The position numbers were made by a program, and so were the translations under genes. The notes beneath the pieces are model-generated. The model did no database searches. It was not told the DNA's origin and saw only the letters and a list, made by a program, of their open reading frames with translations. Below are positions 18,805 to 27,871 of a DNA stretch of 64,000 nucleotides, in pieces. Positions within the stretch are counted from its first letter, which is position 1, and each line of letters begins with the position of its first letter. The DNA comes from Vicinamibacterales bacterium (GTDB lineage: Bacteria > Acidobacteriota > Vicinamibacteria > Vicinamibacterales > UBA8438): contig OZ244900.1 in assembly GCA_965221595.1 (NCBI GenBank), positions 1,190,687 to 1,254,686 on the forward strand, read 5' to 3'.

Positions 18805-20082
18805 CTAGCGCTGACCGAGCTGCCGACGGACGGCGGCCAGCCTGACCGCGGTGACGAATACCGGCATGGCCCGCTCCAGCTCGTCGAGACCCGGGTAGGT
18901 CGGCGCCAGCCGGATGTTGGCGTCGGCGGGGTCGCGCCCGTAGGGAAACGTCGCCCCGGCCGGCGTCAGCTTGACGCCCGCCTCGCCTGCCAGCCGGACC
19001 ACTTCGCGGGCGGTGCCGGGCGGCACGTCGACCGACACGAAGTAGCCTCCGCGCGGCCGCGTCCAGGTGGCGATGCCCGTCAGACCCGCGTCCAGGTGCC
19101 GCTGTACCGCTTCGAACCTGGGCCGCAGGACGGCGGCGTGGCGGCGCATCAGCGCCGCGATGGCGGCGCGGTCGGGCAGGAAGCGGACGTGCCGGAGCTG
19201 GTTCAGCTTGTCCGGGCCGATCGTCTGCACGGCGAGATGCTTCCGGAACGACGTCAGATTGCCGGGCGAGGCCGCGAGGAAGGCCACACCGCCGCCGGCG
19301 CGCGTGATCTTCGACGTCGAGCCGAAAATCACGACGCTGTCCGCCATCCCGGCCTCGCGGCAGCACGCCATGATGTCGAGGAGGGCCGGCGGGTCGTCGT
19401 ACAGGTCGTGCACGGCGTAGGCGTTGTCCCACAGGATGCGGAAGTTCGGCCCCGCCATCGTGCCCAGGCGGGCCAGGCGTCTGACCGCCGTGTCGGAGAA
19501 GGTGTGGCCGGTCGGGTTCTGGTACTTCGGGACGCACCAGATGCCCTTGATCAGCGGATCACCTGCCACCAGCCGCTCCACCTCGTCCATATCGGGGCCG
19601 TCGGCGAGCATCCGCACGTTGATCATCTCGAAGCCGAGCGATTCCGTGATGGTGAAGTGCCGGTCGTAGCCGGGCACCACGCACAGGAACTTGAGCCCCT
19701 CGCCCTCGTGCCGCCAGGCCGTGTCGGGACCCAGCGGCCCCCGCAGCCAGGCGTTCAGCAGATACTGGTACATAAAGGTGAGGCTCGCGTTGCCGCCGGC
19801 GATGACGTCGCCCTCCGGCACGCCGAGCAGCGCGGCCCCCAGACGCTTGGCCGCCGGCAGGCCGTCGAGCCCCCCGTAGTTGCGGACGTCGACGCCGTCG
19901 GGCCCGAGGTAGTCGCCGGCGAGCGTGCCGTCCAGCGCGTCGGCCAGGGCGAGCTGCTCAGGACTCGGCTTGCCGCGGGTCAGATCGAGTCGCAGGCCCT
20001 GCGCCTGCAGCGCCGCGTAGCGCGCGGCGAGCTCGCGCTCCCGCACGGCGAGGTCTTCTCCGGCGAACGGCTGGGTCGGCAC
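18805..20082 (-). CDS. PLP-dependent aminotransferase, class I/II fold
   Basis: Start taken at GTG 20082 (VPTQPFAGEDL), since the upstream gene ends at 20112. NPTGHTFS, WDNAYAVHDL and GSTSKITRAGGGVAF (PLP lysine block). Confidence 0.75.
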   Translation of the reverse strand: MPTQPFAGEDLAVRERELAARYAALQAQGLRLDLTRGKPSPEQLALADALDGTLAGDYLGPDGVDVRNYGGLDGLPAAKRLGAALLGVPEGDVIAGGNASLTFMYQYLLNAWLRGPLGPDTAWRHEGEGLKFLCVVPGYDRHFTITESLGFEMINVRMLADGPDMDEVERLVAGDPLIKGIWCVPKYQNPTGHTFSDTAVRRLARLGTMAGPNFRILWDNAYAVHDLYDDPPALLDIMACCREAGMADSVVIFGSTSKITRAGGGVAFLAASPGNLTSFRKHLAVQTIGPDKLNQLRHVRFLPDRAAIAALMRRHAAVLRPRFEAVQRHLDAGLTGIATWTRPRGGYFVSVDVPPGTAREVVRLAGEAGVKLTPAGATFPYGRDPADANIRLAPTYPGLDELERAMPVFVTAVRLAAVRRQLGQR

Positions 20083-20088
20083 GCGGGG

Positions 20089-20094
20089 ATTATA
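20089..20094 (-). promoter_or_regulatory. perfect TATAAT box 6 nt upstream of the GTG start (possible leaderless transcript)
   Basis: The minus strand reads TATAAT-CCCCGC-GTG, and there is no Shine-Dalgarno between them. No convincing -35, so this is weak. Confidence 0.25.
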
Positions 20095-20111
20095 GTCGCC
20101 GGTCGGCCGGC

Positions 20112-21461
20112 TCAGCCCAGCACCGCCTCGACCGCCTCGGCGAGGATCTCGACGGCGCGGTCCAGCTGCGCATCCGTGATGACGATGGGTGGTGCGAGCA
20201 GGTAGCTGTCGCCCTTCACGCGGCTGAGGAGGCCGCGCTCGAGGGCCGCCCGCAGCACACGCGGGCCGACCTTCGCGCCGGCCGGGAAGGATCGCTTCGC
20301 GGCCCTGTCCTCGACCAGCTCGACGGCGCACATCAGGCCCTTGCCGCGGATGTCGCCCACATGGGGGTGGTCGGCCAGGGCGGCCCGCAGTGCCTCGGCG
20401 AGACGACGCCCCTTGCCGGCTGCCTGCTCGGGAAAGCGCTCGCTCTCGACGATGTCGAGCGTCCGCAGCGCGACGGCGCAGCCCACCGGGTGGGCACTGT
20501 AGGTGAACGCGTGCATCCAGGGCCCGCCGCCGTCCTGCAGCACCTGCATCACCGCGTCGTTGATGCCGATGCCGCCGAACGGGAAGTACCCCGACGTGAT
20601 GGCCTTGGCGAACTGCACGATGTCCGGCTCCACCCCCCAGTGCGCGAGCGCGAAGGGGAGGCCCGTGCGGCCGAAGCCGGTGATCACCTCGTCGGCGACG
20701 AACAGCACGTCGTACTGGTCGCAGATGGCGCGGATGCGGGGAAAGTAGTCATCCTGCGGCACGATTACGCCCCCGGCGCCCTGCACCGGCTCGGCGATGA
20801 ACATCGCCACCGTCTCGGCACCCTCCCGCAGGATGGCCTGCTCCAGCTCGTTCGCCGCCGCCAGCCCCTGGCTGACGCCCGGCGGCGGCTCGTAGCGGTA
20901 GGGGTACGGCGAGGGGATGTGAACGAACCCCGGCACGCGCGGCTCGAACAGCGGCCAGTAGGGCGCGATGCCGGTTGCGCTCATCGCGGCCAGCGTCACG
21001 CCGTGGTAGGCGTCGGTGCGCGAGATGACCTTCGTCTTCTCCGGGCGCCCGCGCAACTTCCAATAGGCGCGGGCCGTTTTGATGCTGCTCTCGGTGGCCT
21101 CGCCGCCGCCGCTCGTGAAGAAGAAGTGGTTGATCGAGGGGTAGCACAGCGCGGCCAGCCGCTCGGCCAGCTCGATGGCGCGGGGATTCGAGTTGCCGCT
21201 GTACGCCGAGCAGTAGGCCAGTGTCTCGGCCTGCGCCCGCATCGCCTCCGCCAGCTCGCGGCGGCCGTGCCCCGCCGTCACGTTCCACAGTCCCGCCAGC
21301 CCGTCGATGCACTCCCGGCCGTCCGCATCGGCCAGCACCGCGCCCTCGCCCCGCACCCAGACCCGCCCCTGCGCATGCAGTTCCGGTTCGTGGAGCGGAT
21401 GGACCAGGTGCTCCCGATCCCGCGCCAGCAGCGCGGTGTTCGTCTCGCGTGTCGCGTTCAT
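20112..21461 (-). CDS. class III (omega) aminotransferase
   Basis: MNATRETNTALLARDREHLVHPL..., GLWNVTAGHGR, FFTSGGGEATESSIKTARAYW, AYHGVT, EPVQGAGGVIVPQ, DEVITGFGRTG, AKAITSGYFP: canonical class III motifs. Confidence 0.9.
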   Translation of the reverse strand: MNATRETNTALLARDREHLVHPLHEPELHAQGRVWVRGEGAVLADADGRECIDGLAGLWNVTAGHGRRELAEAMRAQAETLAYCSAYSGNSNPRAIELAERLAALCYPSINHFFFTSGGGEATESSIKTARAYWKLRGRPEKTKVISRTDAYHGVTLAAMSATGIAPYWPLFEPRVPGFVHIPSPYPYRYEPPPGVSQGLAAANELEQAILREGAETVAMFIAEPVQGAGGVIVPQDDYFPRIRAICDQYDVLFVADEVITGFGRTGLPFALAHWGVEPDIVQFAKAITSGYFPFGGIGINDAVMQVLQDGGGPWMHAFTYSAHPVGCAVALRTLDIVESERFPEQAAGKGRRLAEALRAALADHPHVGDIRGKGLMCAVELVEDRAAKRSFPAGAKVGPRVLRAALERGLLSRVKGDSYLLAPPIVITDAQLDRAVEILAEAVEAVLG

Positions 21462-21559
21462 CCCTCCGACCATATCACCGGCCCGCGCGGGGCGGCCACT
21501 CGACGCGCGCGGCGGACGGGTGCTATATTGCAGCGCTTCGGTTCAACGAAGGGGGAGAG

Positions 21560-22408
21560 ATGCGAGGGACCAGCCTGTTCGCGGCGTTGCTGCTGCTGGC
21601 GGGAACGACCGGCGCACTCGCGCAGGGCGTGACGAAGTACGTCCGCTACGAGCACGCGGGCAGCGTGTCGTACGGCGTCCTCGAGGGCGAGACGATCCAC
21701 ACGCTGCGGGGGGACGTGTTCACGTCGGCGGAGCGCACCGGCGAGACCGTGGCGCTGGACGAGGTGCGCCTGCTCGCGCCGACCGCCCCGAGCAAGGTCA
21801 TCGCGGTCGGGTTCAACTACCGCAGCCACCTGGGCGACACCCCCGAGGCCGAGTATCCCGGCATCTTCTCGAAATACCCCACGTCGGTGATTCCGCACGA
21901 AGGGGTCATCACGTACTACGAGGATGCCACCGACGTGCACTACGAAGGTGAGATGGTGCTCATCATCGGCAGGACGGCGCACAACGTGGCGGAGGCCGAT
22001 GCCCGCGACTACATCTTCGCGGTGGCGCCCGGCAACGACGTGAGCGAGCGGGTCTGGCAGCGCAACGACCTGCAGTGGTTCCGGGCGAAGGGGGCCGATA
22101 CGTTCGGACCGGTCGGCCCGGTGATGGCAGCCGGCGTCGACTACGACGACCTGCTGCTCCAGACGCGCGTCAACGGCGAGGTGCTGCAGTCGCAGCGGAC
22201 GAAGGACCTCATCTTCGACGCCGCGGCCATCGTCAGCTATGTGAGCCGGTATATCACCCTCGAGGCGGGTGACATGATTTTCACCGGGACACCGGGCACG
22301 ACGAGCGCCATTCTCCCCGGCGACGTCGTCGAGATCGAGCTGGAGGGCGTCGGCGTCCTGCGCAACACGGTGGGGCCGCGCGGGCGGATGACCGACCAGC
22401 AGCAATAG
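21560..22408 (+). CDS. fumarylacetoacetate hydrolase (FAH) family protein with a signal peptide
   Basis: MRGTSLFAALLLLAGTTGALAQ, then KVIAVGFNYRSH, HYEGEMVLIIGR, APGNDVSER, FRAKGADTFGPVGP, GDMIFTGTPGT. Confidence 0.8.
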   Translation: MRGTSLFAALLLLAGTTGALAQGVTKYVRYEHAGSVSYGVLEGETIHTLRGDVFTSAERTGETVALDEVRLLAPTAPSKVIAVGFNYRSHLGDTPEAEYPGIFSKYPTSVIPHEGVITYYEDATDVHYEGEMVLIIGRTAHNVAEADARDYIFAVAPGNDVSERVWQRNDLQWFRAKGADTFGPVGPVMAAGVDYDDLLLQTRVNGEVLQSQRTKDLIFDAAAIVSYVSRYITLEAGDMIFTGTPGTTSAILPGDVVEIELEGVGVLRNTVGPRGRMTDQQQ

Positions 22409-22459
22409 CTGCAGTCCGGCCGCTGGGTGCCTATCCGCGGCCGGGCGCGCGCAGCCCCC

Positions 22460-24034
22460 ATGGAAACTCCGCTCACCCCGCTCGAGTTCATGCGCCGCGC
22501 ACGCGCGCTGTACCCGGCGCGCGAGGCGCTGGTGGATGGCGAGGTGCGCCGCACCTACGGGCAGTTCTTCGAGCGCTGCGACCGCTGGTCCGCGGCGCTG
22601 CAGCAGCTGGGCGTCGGGCAGGGCGACCGCGTGGCGTACCTCTCGCCGAACACCGCCGCCAACCTGGAGTCGTTCTACGCCGTCCCGCAGATAGGCGCCG
22701 TGCTGGTGCCCATCAATTACCGGCTCAACGCCGCGGAGGTGCAGTACATCCTGCAACACAGCGGCGCCAGGGTGGTATGCGCGCACGCCGACTACCTCGA
22801 GCTAGTCGAGGGCATCCGCGGCGAGTGTCCCGACCTCGAGCATGCCGTCGCCCTGGAGGGCGCTCGCAGCGGGTGGCACGACTACGAGGCGCTGCTCGCC
22901 GCCGCATCGCCTGCGGCCGTCGAGCGGGCGGAAATCGACGAACGCGACCTGCTGACCATCAACTACACGAGCGGTACCACCTCGCGGCCGAAGGGCGTGA
23001 TGATCACGCACCGGAACGCCTACATGAACGTGGTCGGGACGCTGATCCACCACCCGCTGAGCTGTCGCGACCGGTACCTCTGGACGCTCCCGATGTTCCA
23101 CGCCAACGGCTGGACGTTCGTGTGGGTCGTGACCGCGGTCGGCGGCGCCCACATCTGCCTCCGGCAGGTCGATCCGGCCCGGGCGTTCACGCTGATGCGC
23201 GACGAGGCGGTCACCATGTTGTGCGCGGCGCCGACCGTGCTCATCACGCTGGCGAACGCGCCGGCCGCGGTGCGGGGTGAGGTGCCGCGCGGCGTGAAGG
23301 TGATGACCGCGGGGGCGCCGCCGGCCGCCGCGACCATTCAGCGCGTGGAGGGGGAGTTCGGCTGGGAGCTGATGCACGTCTACGGCCTGACCGAGACGGC
23401 CCCGTTCATCACGGTGTGCGAACCGCTGCCCGAACACGATGCACGCCCGCTCGAGGAGCGCGCCGCCATCAAGGCCCGCCAGGGGGTGGAGCTGGTCACG
23501 TCGGGCGAACTGCGGGTGGTCGACGACGACGGCAACGACGTGCCGCGTGACGGCCAAACGCTGGGCGAGATCGTCGTGCGCGGAAACGTGGTGATGGCGG
23601 GCTACTACAACGATCCGGCTGCCACCGCCGAAGCCATGCGCGGCGGATGGTTCCACAGCGGCGACGCCGCCGTCGTGCACCCGGACGGCTACCTGCAGAT
23701 CCGGGACCGGTTCAAGGACGTCATCATCAGCGGCGGGGAGAACATCTCGTCGATCGAGGTCGAGGGTGTCATGATGCGGCACCCGGCCGTGCAGGAGATT
23801 GCCGTGGTCGGGATGCCCGACGAGAAGTGGGGCGAGAGCCCCCATGCATTCGTCGTGCCGGCGCCGGGGGCGACGGCCACGGCGGGGGAGCTAACCGCCT
23901 TCGCCCGCGAGCAGATGGCCCACTTCAAGGTGCCGCGGGCGTTCGAATTCGTCACGGCGCTGCCCAAGACGGCCACGGGCAAGATCCAGAAGTACGTGCT
24001 GCGCGGCGGCCGGAGCGCCATCTCGACGCAGTAG
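22460..24034 (+). CDS. AMP-dependent acyl-CoA synthetase/ligase
   Basis: METPLTPLEFMRRARALYP...; AMP-binding motifs INYTSGTTSRPKGVMITH, VYGLTET, GWFHSGD, DRFKDVIISGGENIS, LPKTATGKIQK. Confidence 0.9.
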   Translation: METPLTPLEFMRRARALYPAREALVDGEVRRTYGQFFERCDRWSAALQQLGVGQGDRVAYLSPNTAANLESFYAVPQIGAVLVPINYRLNAAEVQYILQHSGARVVCAHADYLELVEGIRGECPDLEHAVALEGARSGWHDYEALLAAASPAAVERAEIDERDLLTINYTSGTTSRPKGVMITHRNAYMNVVGTLIHHPLSCRDRYLWTLPMFHANGWTFVWVVTAVGGAHICLRQVDPARAFTLMRDEAVTMLCAAPTVLITLANAPAAVRGEVPRGVKVMTAGAPPAAATIQRVEGEFGWELMHVYGLTETAPFITVCEPLPEHDARPLEERAAIKARQGVELVTSGELRVVDDDGNDVPRDGQTLGEIVVRGNVVMAGYYNDPAATAEAMRGGWFHSGDAAVVHPDGYLQIRDRFKDVIISGGENISSIEVEGVMMRHPAVQEIAVVGMPDEKWGESPHAFVVPAPGATATAGELTAFAREQMAHFKVPRAFEFVTALPKTATGKIQKYVLRGGRSAISTQ

Positions 24035-24065
24035 GCGGCCCGTCCGGCGCGCGACCCGGCGGGTT

Positions 24066-24578
24066 TCAGAGGATCTCGTACACCCTGTACTCGGCCCGGC
24101 GGGGCTCGTCCCGGCCCACCGCCACGGCAACCAGCCGGTTCAGCCAGCCGTACCGCGCCGAGGCAGTCTCGAACACCGGCGTCGTGCGCACGTGCGGCGG
24201 GCCGCCGGCGGCCCGCCGGGCGATGCCGCGCGACCAGAGCCAGATCAGCTCGCCGTCGCAGGTCTCGAGCGTGGCGCGCAGGTTCAGCTCGCTGGTGCCG
24301 TCCGGGCGGTCGATGCGCCAGACGCCGCCGCCGCCTCGCACGCGTCCGCGCAGCCGCGGCCCGCGGAACACACCGCCCGTCACGGGGAAGATGCGCCGCG
24401 GTGCGGCATCCCGGGCGCCGGCGACATCGAGCGCCAGCTCCATCAGCAGCGTCGAGCGCAACGCCGGGTCGGCCGTTGCCGGGCCGGTCCCCGCCGCCGC
24501 GCCGAGCGACAGCCCGGCCGCGCCCAGGGCGCCGACACGAGCGAACCGCCGGCGGGTGACGGGGTGACCCGGCGCCAC
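24066..24578 (-). CDS. DUF3237 (UPF0311) family protein with a Tat signal
   Basis: GTG start. TRRRFARVGALGAAGLSLGAAAG is a twin-arginine signal. RRIFPVTGGVFRGPRLRGRV...DGTSELNLRATLETCDGELIWLWSRG matches the DUF3237 pattern. Confidence 0.6.
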   Translation of the reverse strand: MAPGHPVTRRRFARVGALGAAGLSLGAAAGTGPATADPALRSTLLMELALDVAGARDAAPRRIFPVTGGVFRGPRLRGRVRGGGGVWRIDRPDGTSELNLRATLETCDGELIWLWSRGIARRAAGGPPHVRTTPVFETASARYGWLNRLVAVAVGRDEPRRAEYRVYEIL

Positions 24579-24590
24579 GGTGCTGCTCCG

Positions 24591-25025
24591 CTACTGGATG
24601 GCGATCAGCTCGACGTCGAAGACAAGCATCCCGAACGGCGCGCGACGGCCGCCGTAGGCCAGCGCCTCGGGAATCCAGAAGCGCCGCTTCTCGCCGACGA
24701 CCATGAGCTGCACGCCCTCGGTCCAGCCGCGAATGACGCCGTTGAGCGGAAACGTCGACGGTTGGCCGCGCGCGACGGAGCTGTCGAACATGCGGCCGTC
24801 GGTGGTCCATCCCGTATAGTGGACCGTCACGTTGCTGGTTGCGGTCGGGTGCACGGACCCCGAGCCGGCCTCGATTACCCTGCTCGCCAGCCCGGACGCC
24901 GAGGTCTCGGCCTCGGCGGGCGGTGCGGCGACATCGTCGGGCGCGGGAATCTGCGCGGCCAGCGCCGCACCGGCGGCGACGAGGAGGACGGGAAGCAGAA
25001 AAGCGTTGCTGATCGGTATCGTCAT
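24591..25025 (-). CDS. FKBP-type peptidyl-prolyl cis-trans isomerase, exported
   Basis: Signal peptide, then VTVHYTGWTTDGRMFDSSVARGQPSTFPLNGVIRGWTEGVQLMVVGEKRRFWIPEALAYG...LVFDVELIAI. Confidence 0.9.
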   Translation of the reverse strand: MTIPISNAFLLPVLLVAAGAALAAQIPAPDDVAAPPAEAETSASGLASRVIEAGSGSVHPTATSNVTVHYTGWTTDGRMFDSSVARGQPSTFPLNGVIRGWTEGVQLMVVGEKRRFWIPEALAYGGRRAPFGMLVFDVELIAIQ

Positions 25026-25083
25026 GCCGCTATGGTATCACCCGGAAAGTAGGATACATTAGGCAGTCGCTCGACATCTCGAC

Positions 25084-26385
25084 ATGCGGATCACCTACAT
25101 CACGGCCGGCGCCGGCGGCATGTACTGCGGGAGCTGCATCCGCGACAACGCGCTGGCCAAGGCCCTGACAGCAGCCGGGCACGAGGTCCTGCTCCTGCCT
25201 CTGTACACGCCCCTGCTGACCGACGACGAGAACGTCAGCGCCGACCGGGTGTTCTACGGGGGCATCAGCGTCTACTTGGAGCAGCACATGTCGCTCTTCC
25301 GGCACACGCCGTGGCTGGTCGACCGGTTGTGGGAGGCGCCCTGGCTGATCCGTGCGCTGGCCGACCGGGCTGTGCAGACGAGCCCCGAGAGCCTGGGAGA
25401 CCTGACGGTTTCGGTGCTGGAGGGCCGCGACGGCCGGCAGTCGAAGGAGATCGAGAAGCTGCTCCACTGGCTGGTGGAGCAGCCGGCGCCGGACGTCGTC
25501 GACATTTCCAACTCGATGCTGATTGCCCTGGCGCGGCCGCTCGGCGAGGCGCTGGGCGCGCCCGTGTGCTGCACGCTGCAGGGCGAGGACATCTTCCTCG
25601 ACCATCTCCCGGAGCCGCATCACAGTCGCGCGCTGGCCCTGATTGCCGAGCATGCGCAGTACGTCGACCGGTTCGTGGCGGTCAGCGACTACTGCGCCGA
25701 GCGGATGAGCCGCTTCGCGGGCATCCCCGGCGCGAAGATCGACGTCGTGCCGCTCGGCATCAACCTCGACGGCTACGAGCCCCGCGCGGCGGCGCGCGAC
25801 AACGGCCTGACCATCGGGCACTTCGGGCGGGTGGCACCGGAGAAGGGGCTGCACCTGCTGTGCGAAGCCTATCGCCGCCTGCGGGAGGCCGGCCGGATCG
25901 AGCGCGGCTCTATCGAGGTGGCCGGCTACCTGTCGCCGGCGCACCAGACATACCTCGACTCCATTCTGAACCAGGCGCGCGAGTGGGGACTGGAGGGCGA
26001 GATCACCTACCACGGCAGGCTGGACCGCGCCGGGAAGCTCGCTTTCCTCGGCCGGCTCGACATGCTCGCGGTGCCGGCGGCCTACGACGATCCGAAGGGT
26101 TTGCCGCTGCTCGAGGCGATGGCGTGCGGGGTGCCCACCGTCGTCCCGCGGCGCGGCACGTACACGGAGTTTGTCGAGCGCACGGGCGGCGGCATGCTCG
26201 TGCCGCCGGACGACGTGGAGGCCCTCGGCGCGGCGCTCGAGCGTCTGGCGACAGACCCCGCGCACCGCGCGGAGCTGGGGCGACAGGGCGCGGTCGGGGT
26301 CCGCGAGCACTACACCGCCGAGGCGATGGCCGCCCGCGCCGTCGACGTCTACCGCAGGGTCAACGCGACCCGCAAGGAGGGCTGA
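25084..26385 (+). CDS. glycosyltransferase family 4 (GT-B fold)
   Basis: 433 aa. C-terminal EKGLHLL...PAAYDDPKGLPLLEAMACGVPTVVPRRG is the E-x7-E type GT4 block. The N-terminus has an unusual GGMYCGSCIRDN motif. Confidence 0.8.
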   Translation: MRITYITAGAGGMYCGSCIRDNALAKALTAAGHEVLLLPLYTPLLTDDENVSADRVFYGGISVYLEQHMSLFRHTPWLVDRLWEAPWLIRALADRAVQTSPESLGDLTVSVLEGRDGRQSKEIEKLLHWLVEQPAPDVVDISNSMLIALARPLGEALGAPVCCTLQGEDIFLDHLPEPHHSRALALIAEHAQYVDRFVAVSDYCAERMSRFAGIPGAKIDVVPLGINLDGYEPRAAARDNGLTIGHFGRVAPEKGLHLLCEAYRRLREAGRIERGSIEVAGYLSPAHQTYLDSILNQAREWGLEGEITYHGRLDRAGKLAFLGRLDMLAVPAAYDDPKGLPLLEAMACGVPTVVPRRGTYTEFVERTGGGMLVPPDDVEALGAALERLATDPAHRAELGRQGAVGVREHYTAEAMAARAVDVYRRVNATRKEG

Positions 26386-26387
26386 CG

Positions 26388-26858
26388 ATGAACAGATGGC
26401 TGCAGGGCGTGCTGGTGCTGGGCTGGATTCCGACGCTGCTGGTGGCCGGCGGCGTGCGCTGGTTCACGCCGGAGCCGGCGGCGGCGCAGGAGCGGACACC
26501 CATCAAGGTGACGCGGATCTACACCGGCGAGGACGGCAAGACCCACGCCGAGGAGCTGGAGGTGCCGCTGATGCAGGCGCGGGCCACGACCGAGCTGTCC
26601 GAGCCCGTGCCGGTCACCAGTGTGCAGTTCCGCCGCAACTCTCCCGACTACTTCATCGACTGGCATACCGCACCCCGCCGGCAGTACGTGATCACCCTGG
26701 CGGGGGAGAGCGAGGTCGAAATCGGGGACGGCACGACGATCCGCCTGCATCCTGGACACATCCTGCTGGCCGAGGACACGACCGGCCAGGGCCACATCTC
26801 GCGCGCCGTCGGCACGGAGGATCGCATCTCCCTCTTTCTGCCGCTCGTCGAGCAGTAG
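26388..26858 (+). CDS. small exported/membrane-anchored cupin-like protein
   Basis: ATG 26388 lies 3 nt after the GT4 stop. N-terminal hydrophobic segment. C-terminal beta-rich IDWHTAPRRQYVITLAGESEVEIGDGTTIRLHPGHILLAEDTTGQGH resembles a cupin barrel. Confidence 0.45.
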   Translation: MNRWLQGVLVLGWIPTLLVAGGVRWFTPEPAAAQERTPIKVTRIYTGEDGKTHAEELEVPLMQARATTELSEPVPVTSVQFRRNSPDYFIDWHTAPRRQYVITLAGESEVEIGDGTTIRLHPGHILLAEDTTGQGHISRAVGTEDRISLFLPLVEQ

Positions 26859-26882
26859 CGGGTCGCCGCCGTCTCCGGGCGT

Positions 26883-27857
26883 TCAGCCGATGCGGAGGAT
26901 CAGGAGCGCGTCGCCGTCGGCGACGGCGACGATGCCGTCGGCGATAGCTGCACCCTGCGCGTTGCCCGGGGTGTCGCGGGTGGCCGTGACGGCGGGCGCG
27001 GCCGGATCGGAGACGTCGACCACCTCGATGCCGTCCGCGCCGACCGGGACCACGAGGGTGGAGCCCTCCGCGGCCACGCGCTGGAACCGGCCGCTCGAGC
27101 GGGCCGGCTGATACGAGCCGGCGAGGCGGGGCGTCGCGGGGTCGGCCACGTCGAGAATCTCGAGACGTCCGCTGCGGGCGTAGACGACGTAGGCGCGATT
27201 GCCGTCCCCGAGCACGACCGACTGCGCGGGTTGCTCGGTCTCGTAGACGCCCTGCTCGACCGGCGCGGCCGGGTCCGACAAATCGAACAGATGCACCCCC
27301 GAGGGCTGGTCGGCGACCAGCACGCGGGAGTCCGCGCCGGCGATGCCCCACTGGTAGCCGGGCGTCTCCTGCGTCTGCAACAGCGCCGGCGCGGCCGCGT
27401 CCGACAGGTCCACGACCTCGAGTCCGGTCATCAGGTTGACGACCAGCGCCACGGTTCCGGAGGTGGTCACGCCGAGTGCCTGGCCGGCGGTCTGATGCGT
27501 GCCCGCCAGGACCGGTGCCCGCGGGTCCGAGACGTCGACGATGTACAGCCCTTCGAGTCCGGCCGTGAGGTAGACGCGGGGCGGGGCGACGTGCAACGCC
27601 CAGATTGGCCCGGGCGCCGTGAACGTCCCCAGCGCGGCCGGCCGCGCCGGCTCGGAGACGTCCACGACCTGGAACGTCTCGCCGCCCGCGACGTAGGCGT
27701 AGTCGCCGGCCAGCTCGACAAGGGCAGCCGGCAGGTCGAGGCTGGCCAGCAACTCGAGGGTCGCGGGCTGCGCCGCGACCGGTCGCGAGCCGGCCGCGCC
27801 GCCGATTGACACGATGAGTGCCGCGAGGCAGACGGCGGCGCAGCGGGTGGTCGGCAT
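26883..27857 (-). CDS. LVIVD-repeat beta-propeller protein, exported
   Basis: Signal peptide plus six repeats ending FQVVDVSEP, LYIVDVSDP, LEVVDLSD, VHLFDLSDP, LEILDVADP, IEVVDVSDP. Confidence 0.8.
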   Translation of the reverse strand: MPTTRCAAVCLAALIVSIGGAAGSRPVAAQPATLELLASLDLPAALVELAGDYAYVAGGETFQVVDVSEPARPAALGTFTAPGPIWALHVAPPRVYLTAGLEGLYIVDVSDPRAPVLAGTHQTAGQALGVTTSGTVALVVNLMTGLEVVDLSDAAAPALLQTQETPGYQWGIAGADSRVLVADQPSGVHLFDLSDPAAPVEQGVYETEQPAQSVVLGDGNRAYVVYARSGRLEILDVADPATPRLAGSYQPARSSGRFQRVAAEGSTLVVPVGADGIEVVDVSDPAAPAVTATRDTPGNAQGAAIADGIVAVADGDALLILRIG

Positions 27858-27871
27858 CGTGCGTCTCCGTC

